From positions 4,288,001 through 4,352,000 of the forward strand of contig OY843751.1 of the NCBI GenBank assembly GCA_963693055.1: a DNA stretch of 64,000 nucleotides. The letters are read 5' to 3'. This DNA comes from a bacterium (GTDB lineage Bacteria; Zhuqueibacterota; Zhuqueibacteria; Residuimicrobiales; Krinioviventaceae). How positions within the stretch are numbered: position 1 is the stretch's first letter; each line of letters begins with the position of its first letter. The notes beneath the pieces were generated by a model that saw only the letters and a list, made by a program, of their open reading frames with translations, did not search any database and was not told the origin of the DNA. The position numbers and the translations under genes were made by a program. Shown one piece after another: positions 50,026 through 59,537 of the stretch.

Positions 50026-50766
50026 TCAAAAACTATGTTTAATGTGAACTTCCTTATCAATAGGAAACCATAATCGATTATTCCTAATTACTGAATTCAC
50101 ACTCAAGTAGTCAATTAAATTTGAAATAAAAAATGAAAAAGATAAATCCACAAGTTCATACAATCTATTATTAGGGGTTTCATTTATCCAATATTTATAA
50201 AAGAATTGTTCATTAAAGGCAATATGATTTAGACGAAACATATTTAAATTACTTTCATTCTCCATGCCAACAACCGAATTATTGATTGCTCTTTCAAAAT
50301 TTTCTCTAATTGGTCCATTTGAGTAACCTTCATAAGAAAAAATACCATTAAAAAATGGATAATTCACTTTATTATGGAACACAAATTTTCCATTTTCATT
50401 TGCTGTTTTAATTATACTCTCTAAATTGTTGTTTTCAAGATTAGTTTTTACTTCAATTATTGCATATACAGCATCTGGTGTGACAATAACAAAATCACCT
50501 TCTTTAAAAAGAACTGGATTTATTATATTATAAATTATCAAATCAATTTGCCTTGATACTTCATGTTCATCTAATTCTTCATTATATTTCACAACAAAAC
50601 CAGTTCCAATTTCGAATTGTGCCGGTAAAAATCGACGTATAATATTTTTCAGAACTGCTTCCTTATGACGGCCAACTTCAGGCCAATGGTTAATTAAATT
50701 TTTAACCCTATTTTTTACAGCTAATAATTCATAGCTCGTTGTTTTATGAAATTCTTCGATATCCAC
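50026..50766 (-). CDS. DUF6602-like PD-(D/E)xK nuclease-fold protein
   Basis: HWPEVGRHKEAVL..FLP..GTGFV, SRQIDLIIY and AIIEVKT. GTG start at 50766 has an AGGA RBS. Confidence 0.7.
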   Translation of the reverse strand: MDIEEFHKTTSYELLAVKNRVKNLINHWPEVGRHKEAVLKNIIRRFLPAQFEIGTGFVVKYNEELDEHEVSRQIDLIIYNIINPVLFKEGDFVIVTPDAVYAIIEVKTNLENNNLESIIKTANENGKFVFHNKVNYPFFNGIFSYEGYSNGPIRENFERAINNSVVGMENESNLNMFRLNHIAFNEQFFYKYWINETPNNRLYELVDLSFSFFISNLIDYLSVNSVIRNNRLWFPIDKEVHIKHSF

Positions 50767-50824
50767 ATTTACATTCCTGTATATTGTTATTTGATGAATT
50801 TTATTAAGTTGTATTAAAAAATAC

Positions 50825-50863
50825 AAAAAAATTATTGCCCGGCACCTATCTGATGCCAGGCAA
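50825..50863 (-). terminator. Intrinsic terminator after TIGR03545 gene
   Basis: TTGCCCGGCA/TGCCAGGCAA stem followed by a T-run on the minus strand. Confidence 0.65.
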
Positions 50864-50877
50864 ATAACTTCTAAACC

Positions 50878-52698
50878 TTAAAATATCCCCTTGATCTTGT
50901 CGGTTACGTTCTTTTTTTCTTTTTCAATGCGGGCCTCGACCTCTTTTTTCTTATCGTCGATCTGCTTCTGGTATTCATTTACCCTGGCTTCCACATCGTC
51001 AATGCGTTTTTGCAGTTCGGCGTTCTTGTCCGCAACCAACTGCTCAACCTGCTGTTTTTTTGCATCTACTTTAGCATTTACAGCTGAACGGATTTTCTGT
51101 TTCGCTTTATCCACTTCATCACCCACCATGGACTTTAGCGCGTTTGCAACCACATTATCCAGATTAGAATCGAGTGAGAAATCGGTATCGTCCGGGGTGC
51201 CGGTATAGCCGGCCTTGAAATTCACAGTCGAGATATCAGCAAACACATCACGCACTACCGCGGCCGTCTTGCCTTCGCTCTCGGCAAAAGCAAAACCCAT
51301 TTGAGATCCGGTAAAATCCACATTTCCACTCAACTGTTCTTCCAGAACATCGAGTTTGGCCTGTACGCGTCCCGTACCTTTGGTAATGCTGCTGGGTAAT
51401 ATTTTTGTGCTGCTCAACGGCACATCGCTAAACGCCAGATTCGATGCATCCAGCGCAAAATGCTCTTCCGGAGATTCCCCCATATAGTCCAACTCCCCGG
51501 TTAAATTCAAAGCAGAACTGTTGGCCTTGGCTCCCTTGATCTCGAATGTGGTTGTCTTGCCGATAATAGGCTGCTCGGATACAATATCGTTAACAATACC
51601 GCTAAATTGATACTGATTTGGCACCAGCCCGGAAAGCTCTATCTTTTTGATCCAAAATGACGGAAACACATTCTTGCCGGAAAAGTGTACAGTCTGCCCT
51701 TTATAACGCGGCGGTTTTTCTTTTTTCGGTTTGTCGGATTTGAATTTTTCCGCGTATCCTCTTGCCTGACTGGTCAATGACAATACCCGGTTTACACGAC
51801 TCACAACCTGACGACCAAATAACAAAATCCCGATCTCCTGAGTAGAGATGTCGGGCAGCTTTGCTTTATCCATTGCCGCGGAAATATCATCACGCACCCA
51901 ATCGTCCATGGATTTGAGTCCGTTACGTGTTTGCTCAATATCTGTTCCAATACCCGATTTTGTTGTTTTCACAAACTGCTTTAATGAATCCATATCCGAT
52001 TGAATTGTCTTGAGTGTTGTCAAAGTACTTTGCAGTTTATCAACGCTCTTGATCTCATTCGGGTTAATAGAGTTGATTTTTGTTTTCATATCATCCAGAT
52101 CCTGAGAGATATTAGTCTTTGCAAAGGTATCATCCCATTGAGTATATGTCTCCCGTAAACCCGATTGCAGCGAGTCGATCTTTGCCGGGGCACCCAGCTC
52201 CAGAATTGCTATAATACTGTCGACATTGACCTTGCCGGAAAAGGAGCTGAAATCCAACTCCGGTACATCAGACACTTTGGTTTCAAGCCTATCAATAGTA
52301 TTTGAAATGAATCCCGGTTTCTTTTCCCCATCTTTGGATTTGGTTTTCCAGGTCCCGTCAGTGGTACGTTCAGTCCCCCAGGTAACATTGCTGAGCTGAA
52401 CATTATCGATCACCACCTTGTTGTACAACAAGGGATAAAATTCCATGTCATATTCGGTTTTACCGCTTGTCAGCATGTTTTTCCACGGATCTTTGGGGTC
52501 CGTAACCTGCAGACTGTCCCATCTAAAGTGTAATTGCAATAACGATACATCCAGATTATCGATCTCTACTTTGGCCTGTAAAGCGTTCGATGCTGTTTTC
52601 TCCAGTATGCCCTCAAGCCAACTGTCTGTTAAAAACAATCCCAATACAAAAACAATCGCGGCCAGTACCAGGAGGGCTATAATTCCTTTCCAACGCAT
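50878..52698 (-). CDS. TIGR03545 family protein
   Basis: MRWKG N-terminal anchor, AsmA-like N-terminus, coiled regions, PPRYKG..V.F..PSFWIKKI and SNLD. It is paired with TIGR03546. Confidence 0.8.
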   Translation of the reverse strand: MRWKGIIALLVLAAIVFVLGLFLTDSWLEGILEKTASNALQAKVEIDNLDVSLLQLHFRWDSLQVTDPKDPWKNMLTSGKTEYDMEFYPLLYNKVVIDNVQLSNVTWGTERTTDGTWKTKSKDGEKKPGFISNTIDRLETKVSDVPELDFSSFSGKVNVDSIIAILELGAPAKIDSLQSGLRETYTQWDDTFAKTNISQDLDDMKTKINSINPNEIKSVDKLQSTLTTLKTIQSDMDSLKQFVKTTKSGIGTDIEQTRNGLKSMDDWVRDDISAAMDKAKLPDISTQEIGILLFGRQVVSRVNRVLSLTSQARGYAEKFKSDKPKKEKPPRYKGQTVHFSGKNVFPSFWIKKIELSGLVPNQYQFSGIVNDIVSEQPIIGKTTTFEIKGAKANSSALNLTGELDYMGESPEEHFALDASNLAFSDVPLSSTKILPSSITKGTGRVQAKLDVLEEQLSGNVDFTGSQMGFAFAESEGKTAAVVRDVFADISTVNFKAGYTGTPDDTDFSLDSNLDNVVANALKSMVGDEVDKAKQKIRSAVNAKVDAKKQQVEQLVADKNAELQKRIDDVEARVNEYQKQIDDKKKEVEARIEKEKKNVTDKIKGIF

Positions 52699-52699
52699 A

Positions 52700-53224
52700 T
52701 TAATCCCTCCACCGGTTTACATTTTCATAAATAGAATAAAACTTGGACGATTTAACAACCTGCACAATTTTCAATTTCAAAACGCGTTCATGTATTTTTT
52801 CACGATATTGAACAACGCCAACCTTGGTCAGTAAATATACCGGTGCCAAAAGCAAAAGCGATGAAAAAAAGGCACCCAATACCACGGTATTATTAAATCG
52901 CGTCAATGCAACCACGGGTATATTATACATAGATGTCCAAACTCCCTTTAGCGCGTCTATATTCACCAACAGCCAGTAACCGATATTGTGAAATAACGGA
53001 TCCAGAAAAAAAGCAAAAGCGCTGAATACAATAAATCCCAGTATTGCCATTGAAACATTAACATTGATGATCAATATGAGAACAATTACTACCAAAGTCA
53101 GCAGACTCTTGCCCGGCAGTAGCCCAATGATCATACCCAGAATAAATCCACCGGCAAGCTGCGAAGGTGATTCGCCCGAAGTCAACGCCTTTAACAGCTT
53201 GGCCAGGTATTTCATAATTAGCAT
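52700..53224 (-). CDS. TIGR03546 family membrane protein
   Basis: SPSQLAGGFILGMIIGLLP, LDPLFHNIGYWLL and RFNNTVVLG. Confidence 0.85.
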   Translation of the reverse strand: MLIMKYLAKLLKALTSGESPSQLAGGFILGMIIGLLPGKSLLTLVVIVLILIINVNVSMAILGFIVFSAFAFFLDPLFHNIGYWLLVNIDALKGVWTSMYNIPVVALTRFNNTVVLGAFFSSLLLLAPVYLLTKVGVVQYREKIHERVLKLKIVQVVKSSKFYSIYENVNRWRD

Positions 53225-53298
53225 ATGAATACTCCCTCTCTATATATTTTTTTTGTTATACAAATAACAAAAGCGGATTGCGGAATATTGCAGAAAAT

Positions 53299-54927
53299 TT
53301 ATTTCAAAGTATTAACCAGATGAACAATATCCAGAATATTCACTTCCCCGTCGTTATTCACATCTGCTGATATTCTAGCTTTGTCAGAATACTGTTGCGG
53401 ATTCATAACCAGGTCCGCAATGTCTTTAACATCAGCCAGATCAATTTCATCATCCCCATTCACATCCCCTTTGAGTCGATATTCTACAGCCGCAAGTGCA
53501 TCAACCAAACCCCATCCATACAAATTATCGGGATTATCGGCCTTGTCTGCCGTGAACATGAGCGCTTCTCTCACCTGCATGGGCGTCCAGTGGGGATGTG
53601 CTTCCAATATCAAAGCGCAAACTCCCGCTACTATCGGAGTCGAGTAAGATGTTCCGGTCCCATACTCATACCCGGTATTATCATCCGGATCAGCACATCG
53701 CACACCCGTACCCATTGCAACCACTTCGGGTTTAATGCGTCCGTCATAGGTGGGTCCCGCCGAACTGTAAGCAGCAATATGTTCTTTATTATCAACAGCG
53801 CCAACCGATATTACACTGTCCCCGTCTGCCGGAGCGGTTATATAATACCATGCATTATCCCGTTCATTGCCGGCAGAAGTACAAATAACAATCCCTCTTG
53901 AAGCTGCCAGATCCGATGCAATAGTCATGGGTGATGTGTTGCCATCCATGTCCGCATATGTATACCAGTCCAGATACCCGATCGAACAACTGACGATATC
54001 CGCGCCCAGACTGTCTGCCCATTCGACGGCGGCTATCCAATGATCTTCTTCACCGGCATATTCCTGAATCAGGTCCTCGGTTTTGGCCAATAGATATGTT
54101 GCTCCAAAGGCTGCGCCATACAATTCACCGGATTTTTCCGCTCCCATTGTAGACAATACTTTGGTACCATGGTTATGCTGATCTGCGTGATCAACCGCGG
54201 GATCATTTTCCGTATCATCATCATTCCGCAAAAAGTCATATTCTCCGGCAACCTTGAGATTGGTAAAGACCTCATGATCGGTTTTAAACCCCGTATCTGT
54301 AATGCAAATCAAAACATCTTTGCCTGTCAATCCCATATCGTGCACATCCGGGACTTTGATCATTTCAAGCTGCTGCAAAGCTGATCCGTAGAAATACAAA
54401 TGGCTTTCTATCTGATAGTCTTGATACGGTTCCATTCGGATCTCGGGCACCGGTTGAATGGATTTTCTTCCCGCAATCATCCGGATCTCTTTAACATAAT
54501 CCAGCGAAGCTACAACATTCAACTGGTCAACATTCAGAATACCGCTTACTGCGTTTAACCATTTACTCTGGTGCCGAACATGTAAACCCAGTGTTTTTAA
54601 TTCATCTATATACTGTTTCTTTACCGGCAGGTCATAATAATCCAATTTATCGGCATTCACTTTTGCGCGTCTTTTCAGAGCACGCTCAGTTAGCGTAACT
54701 GCATTTATTTTTTTCAACAAATCAGATTGTACAATTACACCTTTATCCCTCAAAAAAATCCAGACCGGCACATTTCCATCAAACATATCTGAATTTATAA
54801 AACTTGTCACGTTAGTGTGAATGACAGGATCGCTTTTCTCCAAAACAAATCCACCTTGCGCAAATATAGATTCCGCAAAAAAGAAAAGCAGTCCAATCGT
54901 CCAAAATTTTAAATAACTTTTAACCAC
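53299..54927 (-). CDS. S8 subtilase with C-terminal dockerin type I domain
   Basis: TDTG, HNHGT, SAGN and GTSYSTP, followed by duplicated GDVNGDDEIDLAD / ADVNNDGEVNILD. Confidence 0.9.
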   Translation of the reverse strand: MVKSYLKFWTIGLLFFFAESIFAQGGFVLEKSDPVIHTNVTSFINSDMFDGNVPVWIFLRDKGVIVQSDLLKKINAVTLTERALKRRAKVNADKLDYYDLPVKKQYIDELKTLGLHVRHQSKWLNAVSGILNVDQLNVVASLDYVKEIRMIAGRKSIQPVPEIRMEPYQDYQIESHLYFYGSALQQLEMIKVPDVHDMGLTGKDVLICITDTGFKTDHEVFTNLKVAGEYDFLRNDDDTENDPAVDHADQHNHGTKVLSTMGAEKSGELYGAAFGATYLLAKTEDLIQEYAGEEDHWIAAVEWADSLGADIVSCSIGYLDWYTYADMDGNTSPMTIASDLAASRGIVICTSAGNERDNAWYYITAPADGDSVISVGAVDNKEHIAAYSSAGPTYDGRIKPEVVAMGTGVRCADPDDNTGYEYGTGTSYSTPIVAGVCALILEAHPHWTPMQVREALMFTADKADNPDNLYGWGLVDALAAVEYRLKGDVNGDDEIDLADVKDIADLVMNPQQYSDKARISADVNNDGEVNILDIVHLVNTLK

Positions 54928-54933
54928 GCCAAC

Positions 54934-56343
54934 TCACCATATAAAAGGCATTTGAAATAAACAAAAATATCCAAATACAACAAAAGCCAAAATCAAACCA
55001 ACCAAAAAGATTAAACTGGGTTGTAAAACTTTTCTGGCTTCATCAGATAACAATTTAGGAAGTACAATGTATAAACCCGCAGCAACCCAAAGTGCCTGCA
55101 AAGGTGTAAGTAAAAGACCATCAAGAATTGCACCCAGTTTGACCAGAAAGACCGGCTTTAAACCCAAAGTAAAAACAATAACCATATTGGAGATAAAAAA
55201 GAAAACCAGAAAAATACGAAATTGTGTCTTCCACTGGAATTTACGGTTAAACGCCGGAACACAAAGCCTTAAACTGTCTGCCAGCAAACGCGGCCATCCC
55301 GCAAGCTGCCCAATCTGGGTGCCAACCAATGCAGATGCACCGGCTATCAGGAACAGCGTCCCTCCCAGTGAGCCCCATTTATTGCTGAATATGGTCGACA
55401 AGGTCAATGCTACATCCGGTCCTTCAGGAGCAAGTTTACTCGCTCCAAGCACACCCGCACCCGCTATCAGGAATCCGCTTGTAGAGATAACACCCAAAAT
55501 CATGGCAATTGAAGCATCGGTATAAACAACATTACACCATCCTTTAATTTTTTGGGCAGCATCTTTGGTCATATTTTTCAGTGCATGCAAATCAGCAGGC
55601 TGACCGTATCCTCTACCTTCTGCGGCGCCATAACCGGCACCCAATACCCAATAGGTATACCAAACCTGACTGGCAAAACCGCCAGCGGCCCAGCCCATCA
55701 ACGGCAAAATCTCACGCCATGGATTGTTAGATACGCCATCCAGCTTTACAGCCCAGTCCGGTACCGGAGGGATTGTAAATCCAAATAAATGCTCTGTCAA
55801 CCCAACCTGGGGAAGTACATTTATAGCAACATACAAAACACCTATCAGAACCACGGCAACAAAAAAACTCATAATAATCTTTAAAAGATCAAACACACCC
55901 GACCACACAACAATTAATGAAAATATGGTAACAAACCATCCGCCAAAATAGGGCGAAACCGGAACGAGGCTATTAATAAACACACCGGCTGCTGAAGCCA
56001 AAGATCCTATCGCTACCATGGCACTGGCAAACTGTGCTACCAGGATTAACCAGACAGCCCAGTTTTTAGGACCGGGAATTCTGGCACACATGTCTATCAT
56101 CCCTTCACCGGTACAAACCGTATAGCGTGCGCCACTCATGCCGATCCAGAATTTTAAAAACACACCCAAAATCAATGCCCATATAACAGCAGGGCCTAAA
56201 ATTGCCCCTACACGGGTTGCCAAAATAACTTCGCCAGACCCGATAAACTCTGCGCACCAGATAAATGCAGGACCTACCAGAGCAAGAACGGCAAATCCTT
56301 TTGGCGGCATTCTGTAAGCAGTTACGATGTTTTTATCACTCAT
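54934..56343 (-). CDS. Nramp/APC-fold transporter
   Basis: About 11 TM helices, GPAFIWCAEFIGSGEVILATRVGA and RYTVCTGE. It has an ATGA overlap with the upstream gene. Confidence 0.8.
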   Translation of the reverse strand: MSDKNIVTAYRMPPKGFAVLALVGPAFIWCAEFIGSGEVILATRVGAILGPAVIWALILGVFLKFWIGMSGARYTVCTGEGMIDMCARIPGPKNWAVWLILVAQFASAMVAIGSLASAAGVFINSLVPVSPYFGGWFVTIFSLIVVWSGVFDLLKIIMSFFVAVVLIGVLYVAINVLPQVGLTEHLFGFTIPPVPDWAVKLDGVSNNPWREILPLMGWAAGGFASQVWYTYWVLGAGYGAAEGRGYGQPADLHALKNMTKDAAQKIKGWCNVVYTDASIAMILGVISTSGFLIAGAGVLGASKLAPEGPDVALTLSTIFSNKWGSLGGTLFLIAGASALVGTQIGQLAGWPRLLADSLRLCVPAFNRKFQWKTQFRIFLVFFFISNMVIVFTLGLKPVFLVKLGAILDGLLLTPLQALWVAAGLYIVLPKLLSDEARKVLQPSLIFLVGLILAFVVFGYFCLFQMPFIW

Positions 56344-57305
56344 GGGTTCAAACAATCCTCTACTACTTGTCCATTTATCAGCTTAACCAGATTTTCCACT
56401 GCTCGTTCATGTAACTGTCGCATGGCTGCGTCCGAATACCATGCATAGTGCCCCGTAGACAGCACCCTGGGATGTGTGATTATTGGCTGCTCTTCAGGAC
56501 CTGTAGGTTCGTGTTTAAATACATCCAGTCCCGCGCAGTGGATCTTGCCCTGATTCAATGCTTTTAACAAAGCATCAGGATCGATAACATTTCCACGCGC
56601 GGTATTGATCAATACCGGACGATAGTTCATTATCGCAAACGCGTTATCGTTAATAATATGATACGATGTCTCGTTCAAATCACAATGCAGGCTTATGACA
56701 TGGCTCTCTCCCAAAACATGCTGCAAGGTAGCTTGTGTTGCACCACACGCTTCAAAGACAGACTCGGGGATATTGGGATCATAGGCCAGCACCCGCCCAA
56801 ACAAATGCCTGACTTTATTACAAAAAGTACCTCCAATCCGCCCCAAGCCAATAATCCCTACGGTTTTGTCATGCAGCTCAAAAATTTCCGATGTTGGAGG
56901 TTTGCTAAAATCATTATATATAGATTTTGAACCGGCAGGTAGCATTCGAATACAGGAATACATTAACGCAATAGCATGGTCAGAAACCGAGTGGTTTGCA
57001 TATCCCTGAACATTTGCAACCCGCACACCCTGCCGGGTAGCAGCATTCAGATCCACGTTATCATATCCTACACCATAACGAACAATGGCTTTTAATGCAG
57101 GCAAGCGGGATAAAAAATGCTCATCAATCAATGTACCACGAACCAGCATTCCAACCGCATCTGATGCAAATTCTATTTTTGCATCCCGGTCCTGCGGATC
57201 TCCGTCAAACATTTCCAGAACATAGCCATGCTCTTTTAAATATGACGCTTCATAATCATAAGAATCGTATCCGCCGTCAATTATCACTACACGCTGCCTG
57301 TTCAT
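56340..57305 (-). CDS. D-2-hydroxyacid dehydrogenase (CtBP-like)
   Basis: RYGVGYDNVD, GIIGLGRIG, INTARG, GLDVFKHEP and GHYAWYS. Confidence 0.9.
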   Translation of the reverse strand: MNRQRVVIIDGGYDSYDYEASYLKEHGYVLEMFDGDPQDRDAKIEFASDAVGMLVRGTLIDEHFLSRLPALKAIVRYGVGYDNVDLNAATRQGVRVANVQGYANHSVSDHAIALMYSCIRMLPAGSKSIYNDFSKPPTSEIFELHDKTVGIIGLGRIGGTFCNKVRHLFGRVLAYDPNIPESVFEACGATQATLQHVLGESHVISLHCDLNETSYHIINDNAFAIMNYRPVLINTARGNVIDPDALLKALNQGKIHCAGLDVFKHEPTGPEEQPIITHPRVLSTGHYAWYSDAAMRQLHERAVENLVKLINGQVVEDCLNP

Positions 57306-58348
57306 TTTTCCTGCTCTTTTTTAATATTCAAAATTACATCCAAAATTTTTTCAGAGCCAAAACGTATCACATCTGTAACCGGCAAACCGGTTTCAAACTC
57401 GGTCTGTAATACAATATCTCGTGCTTCACGCTCACTAAAATAATACAAATTCAAAGAGATTGCAACCACCGGCGCTGAATAAACAGGTGCCGTCATTTTT
57501 TCGTATATTTCTCTTATAATATTAATGGGGGGAATTTTGGTATTTGCAGAACCGCGCATAATAGTCCGTTCGGGTTGATGACACAATACCAGCACATCTG
57601 GCATAAAACCATGCAGCAAGGACAATGTAACACCTGAATATAAAGGATTGGCAATAGCACCCTGGCCCTCTAAAAGGAGAAATTCATGGTCCTGATTTTC
57701 AAGCACCAACTGTTCAGCCGCACCAGCCATAAAATCTCCGGGAACACTGTCAATGGCAATCCCTTTACCCGACAACAAGATGCCTCCCTGGCCGGTTGCA
57801 ATGAATTCGGAATCCAGTCCCCGTTTCAATAATCCCAAATGCAGTTCATAGGTTGTTACTTTTTTACCGCAATTGCAATCCATACCAACCGTATGGACCC
57901 GAAAAGCTTTAATATCTGCAGCCCTGCAACGGTTTACAGACAAACCTTCCGGAGGTTTTCGAAGATCATACAAGGTAATATTGTTGTGTTGGGCTTTTGC
58001 AGAGATTTCACTATCATCACATAAATAACTATGCATGCCGCTGTAAATATCGAGACCGGCATCAATGGCTTCCAAAATCACAGAGCGCCATTCATCCGGC
58101 AAAGCCCCTCCCGCAGGATTAATGCCGATAACCAACGCATTGGGATTCAATGCCAGTGCATCTTGAAGAGAAGCGGTTATGGGTACCCCTTTTCCCACCG
58201 TTAACAATTCCGAAGCATCTCGCCCGGAATTATCAGGATCAATCAAAGCCACTACAGAATCCGGTCGATATCGCAATAATACAGATGCCATTTTGGCAAG
58301 CGTTGGATGCGTATTCCCGGTTGTTAGAATAGCGTAACGGCGTTCCAT
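57302..58348 (-). CDS. DUF1611 family protein (DgcN-like, P-loop)
   Basis: GGALPDEW, SGMH, VGMDCNCGKKVT, ATGQGGI, EGQG and SGVTLSLLHG. Confidence 0.85.
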   Translation of the reverse strand: MERRYAILTTGNTHPTLAKMASVLLRYRPDSVVALIDPDNSGRDASELLTVGKGVPITASLQDALALNPNALVIGINPAGGALPDEWRSVILEAIDAGLDIYSGMHSYLCDDSEISAKAQHNNITLYDLRKPPEGLSVNRCRAADIKAFRVHTVGMDCNCGKKVTTYELHLGLLKRGLDSEFIATGQGGILLSGKGIAIDSVPGDFMAGAAEQLVLENQDHEFLLLEGQGAIANPLYSGVTLSLLHGFMPDVLVLCHQPERTIMRGSANTKIPPINIIREIYEKMTAPVYSAPVVAISLNLYYFSEREARDIVLQTEFETGLPVTDVIRFGSEKILDVILNIKKEQEK

Positions 58349-58421
58349 ATTACCTCTTTGGTTTAAAAAAAGATAATATTAATTTCAGTCAGAGTCAACA
58401 GGCTTTTAAAAACCTGCAATA

Positions 58422-59378
58422 TTAAAAGCGGGGACGAAAGCCCTCACCCAGAACTTCGTGAACATTATTAACAATAATAAAAGCATCCGGATCAATGGCC
58501 TTTACCTTATCTACAAGGTTTACAATTTCCTTTTTGCTCAAAACCGTATAAATAACATCTCTGGAATGATTGGTATATACACCTTTGGCAGCCAACGCTG
58601 TTGCTCCACGGTCCATATCCAAAGTGATCATTCTTATAATATCTTCCTGCTTTTCGGATATAATAAAGGCTGAACGCGCGTAATCAAATCCCTCTATCAT
58701 AACATCCACAATACGTGCTGAAATGAAAACAAGCAAAAACGCATACAATGTTAATACCAATGCGGGGCGATCAGCAGAAAGATCTCTGGCCCAAATAATA
58801 ACACCGGCAATAGTAATCACTATAACATCCATAGCCAAAAAAGAGTGCCCCGGTTTTATTCCAAACCGTTTGCGGATAATTGCTGCAATAATATCCACTC
58901 CACCTGTGGTACCATGAAATTTAAATATTATCCCCAAACCTAAACCCACCAGTGCCCCTCCGGTCAACACCAGTAGTACAAACTCATTTTTAAGCATATA
59001 TTGCACTGCTGGATGTTCATGCATCCGAATAAAAGAAAGACCGGGCACAACCCCTTGTAACATATCTATAAAAAAAGAGCTGAATGTAAATCCTACAAAT
59101 GTACGTATACCAAAACGCCTGCCCAGTTCACGGATTCCCCAAATATACAAAGGAATATTGGTAATCCATATCATTAATCCTACCGGAATTTTATTACCTG
59201 AAAGATAATGGATTGCCATGGCCAATCCACTTACGCCTCCGGGTACAACTTTAGCATTCACTAAAAAGACCCCTATTCCCAAGGCCATTATAAATGACCC
59301 GAATATGATCAGAATATAATCTTTCCAGATTCCTTTTTGGTACAATCCCAGGTCCGATAAAAATTTTGCCAGATTCAT
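58422..59378 (-). CDS. YitT family membrane protein (DUF161/DUF2179)
   Basis: PGGVSG, NIPL, TTGGVDI, RGAT and IDPDAFI..VHEVLGEGF. Confidence 0.9.
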   Translation of the reverse strand: MNLAKFLSDLGLYQKGIWKDYILIIFGSFIMALGIGVFLVNAKVVPGGVSGLAMAIHYLSGNKIPVGLMIWITNIPLYIWGIRELGRRFGIRTFVGFTFSSFFIDMLQGVVPGLSFIRMHEHPAVQYMLKNEFVLLVLTGGALVGLGLGIIFKFHGTTGGVDIIAAIIRKRFGIKPGHSFLAMDVIVITIAGVIIWARDLSADRPALVLTLYAFLLVFISARIVDVMIEGFDYARSAFIISEKQEDIIRMITLDMDRGATALAAKGVYTNHSRDVIYTVLSKKEIVNLVDKVKAIDPDAFIIVNNVHEVLGEGFRPRF

Positions 59379-59537
59379 TCATGCCCTTTCATAAACGCAT
59401 AAAAAATTCAATTTTTAATGTACAAATTTTGAATCCGCATTGCAATATAATCTTTGTATTCTTATATTATGTATGCATCAAGTACTGCAATTATATTTAT
59501 TCACTTTTTCTGCCCACAGAACAAATCTGGAGGTTCA

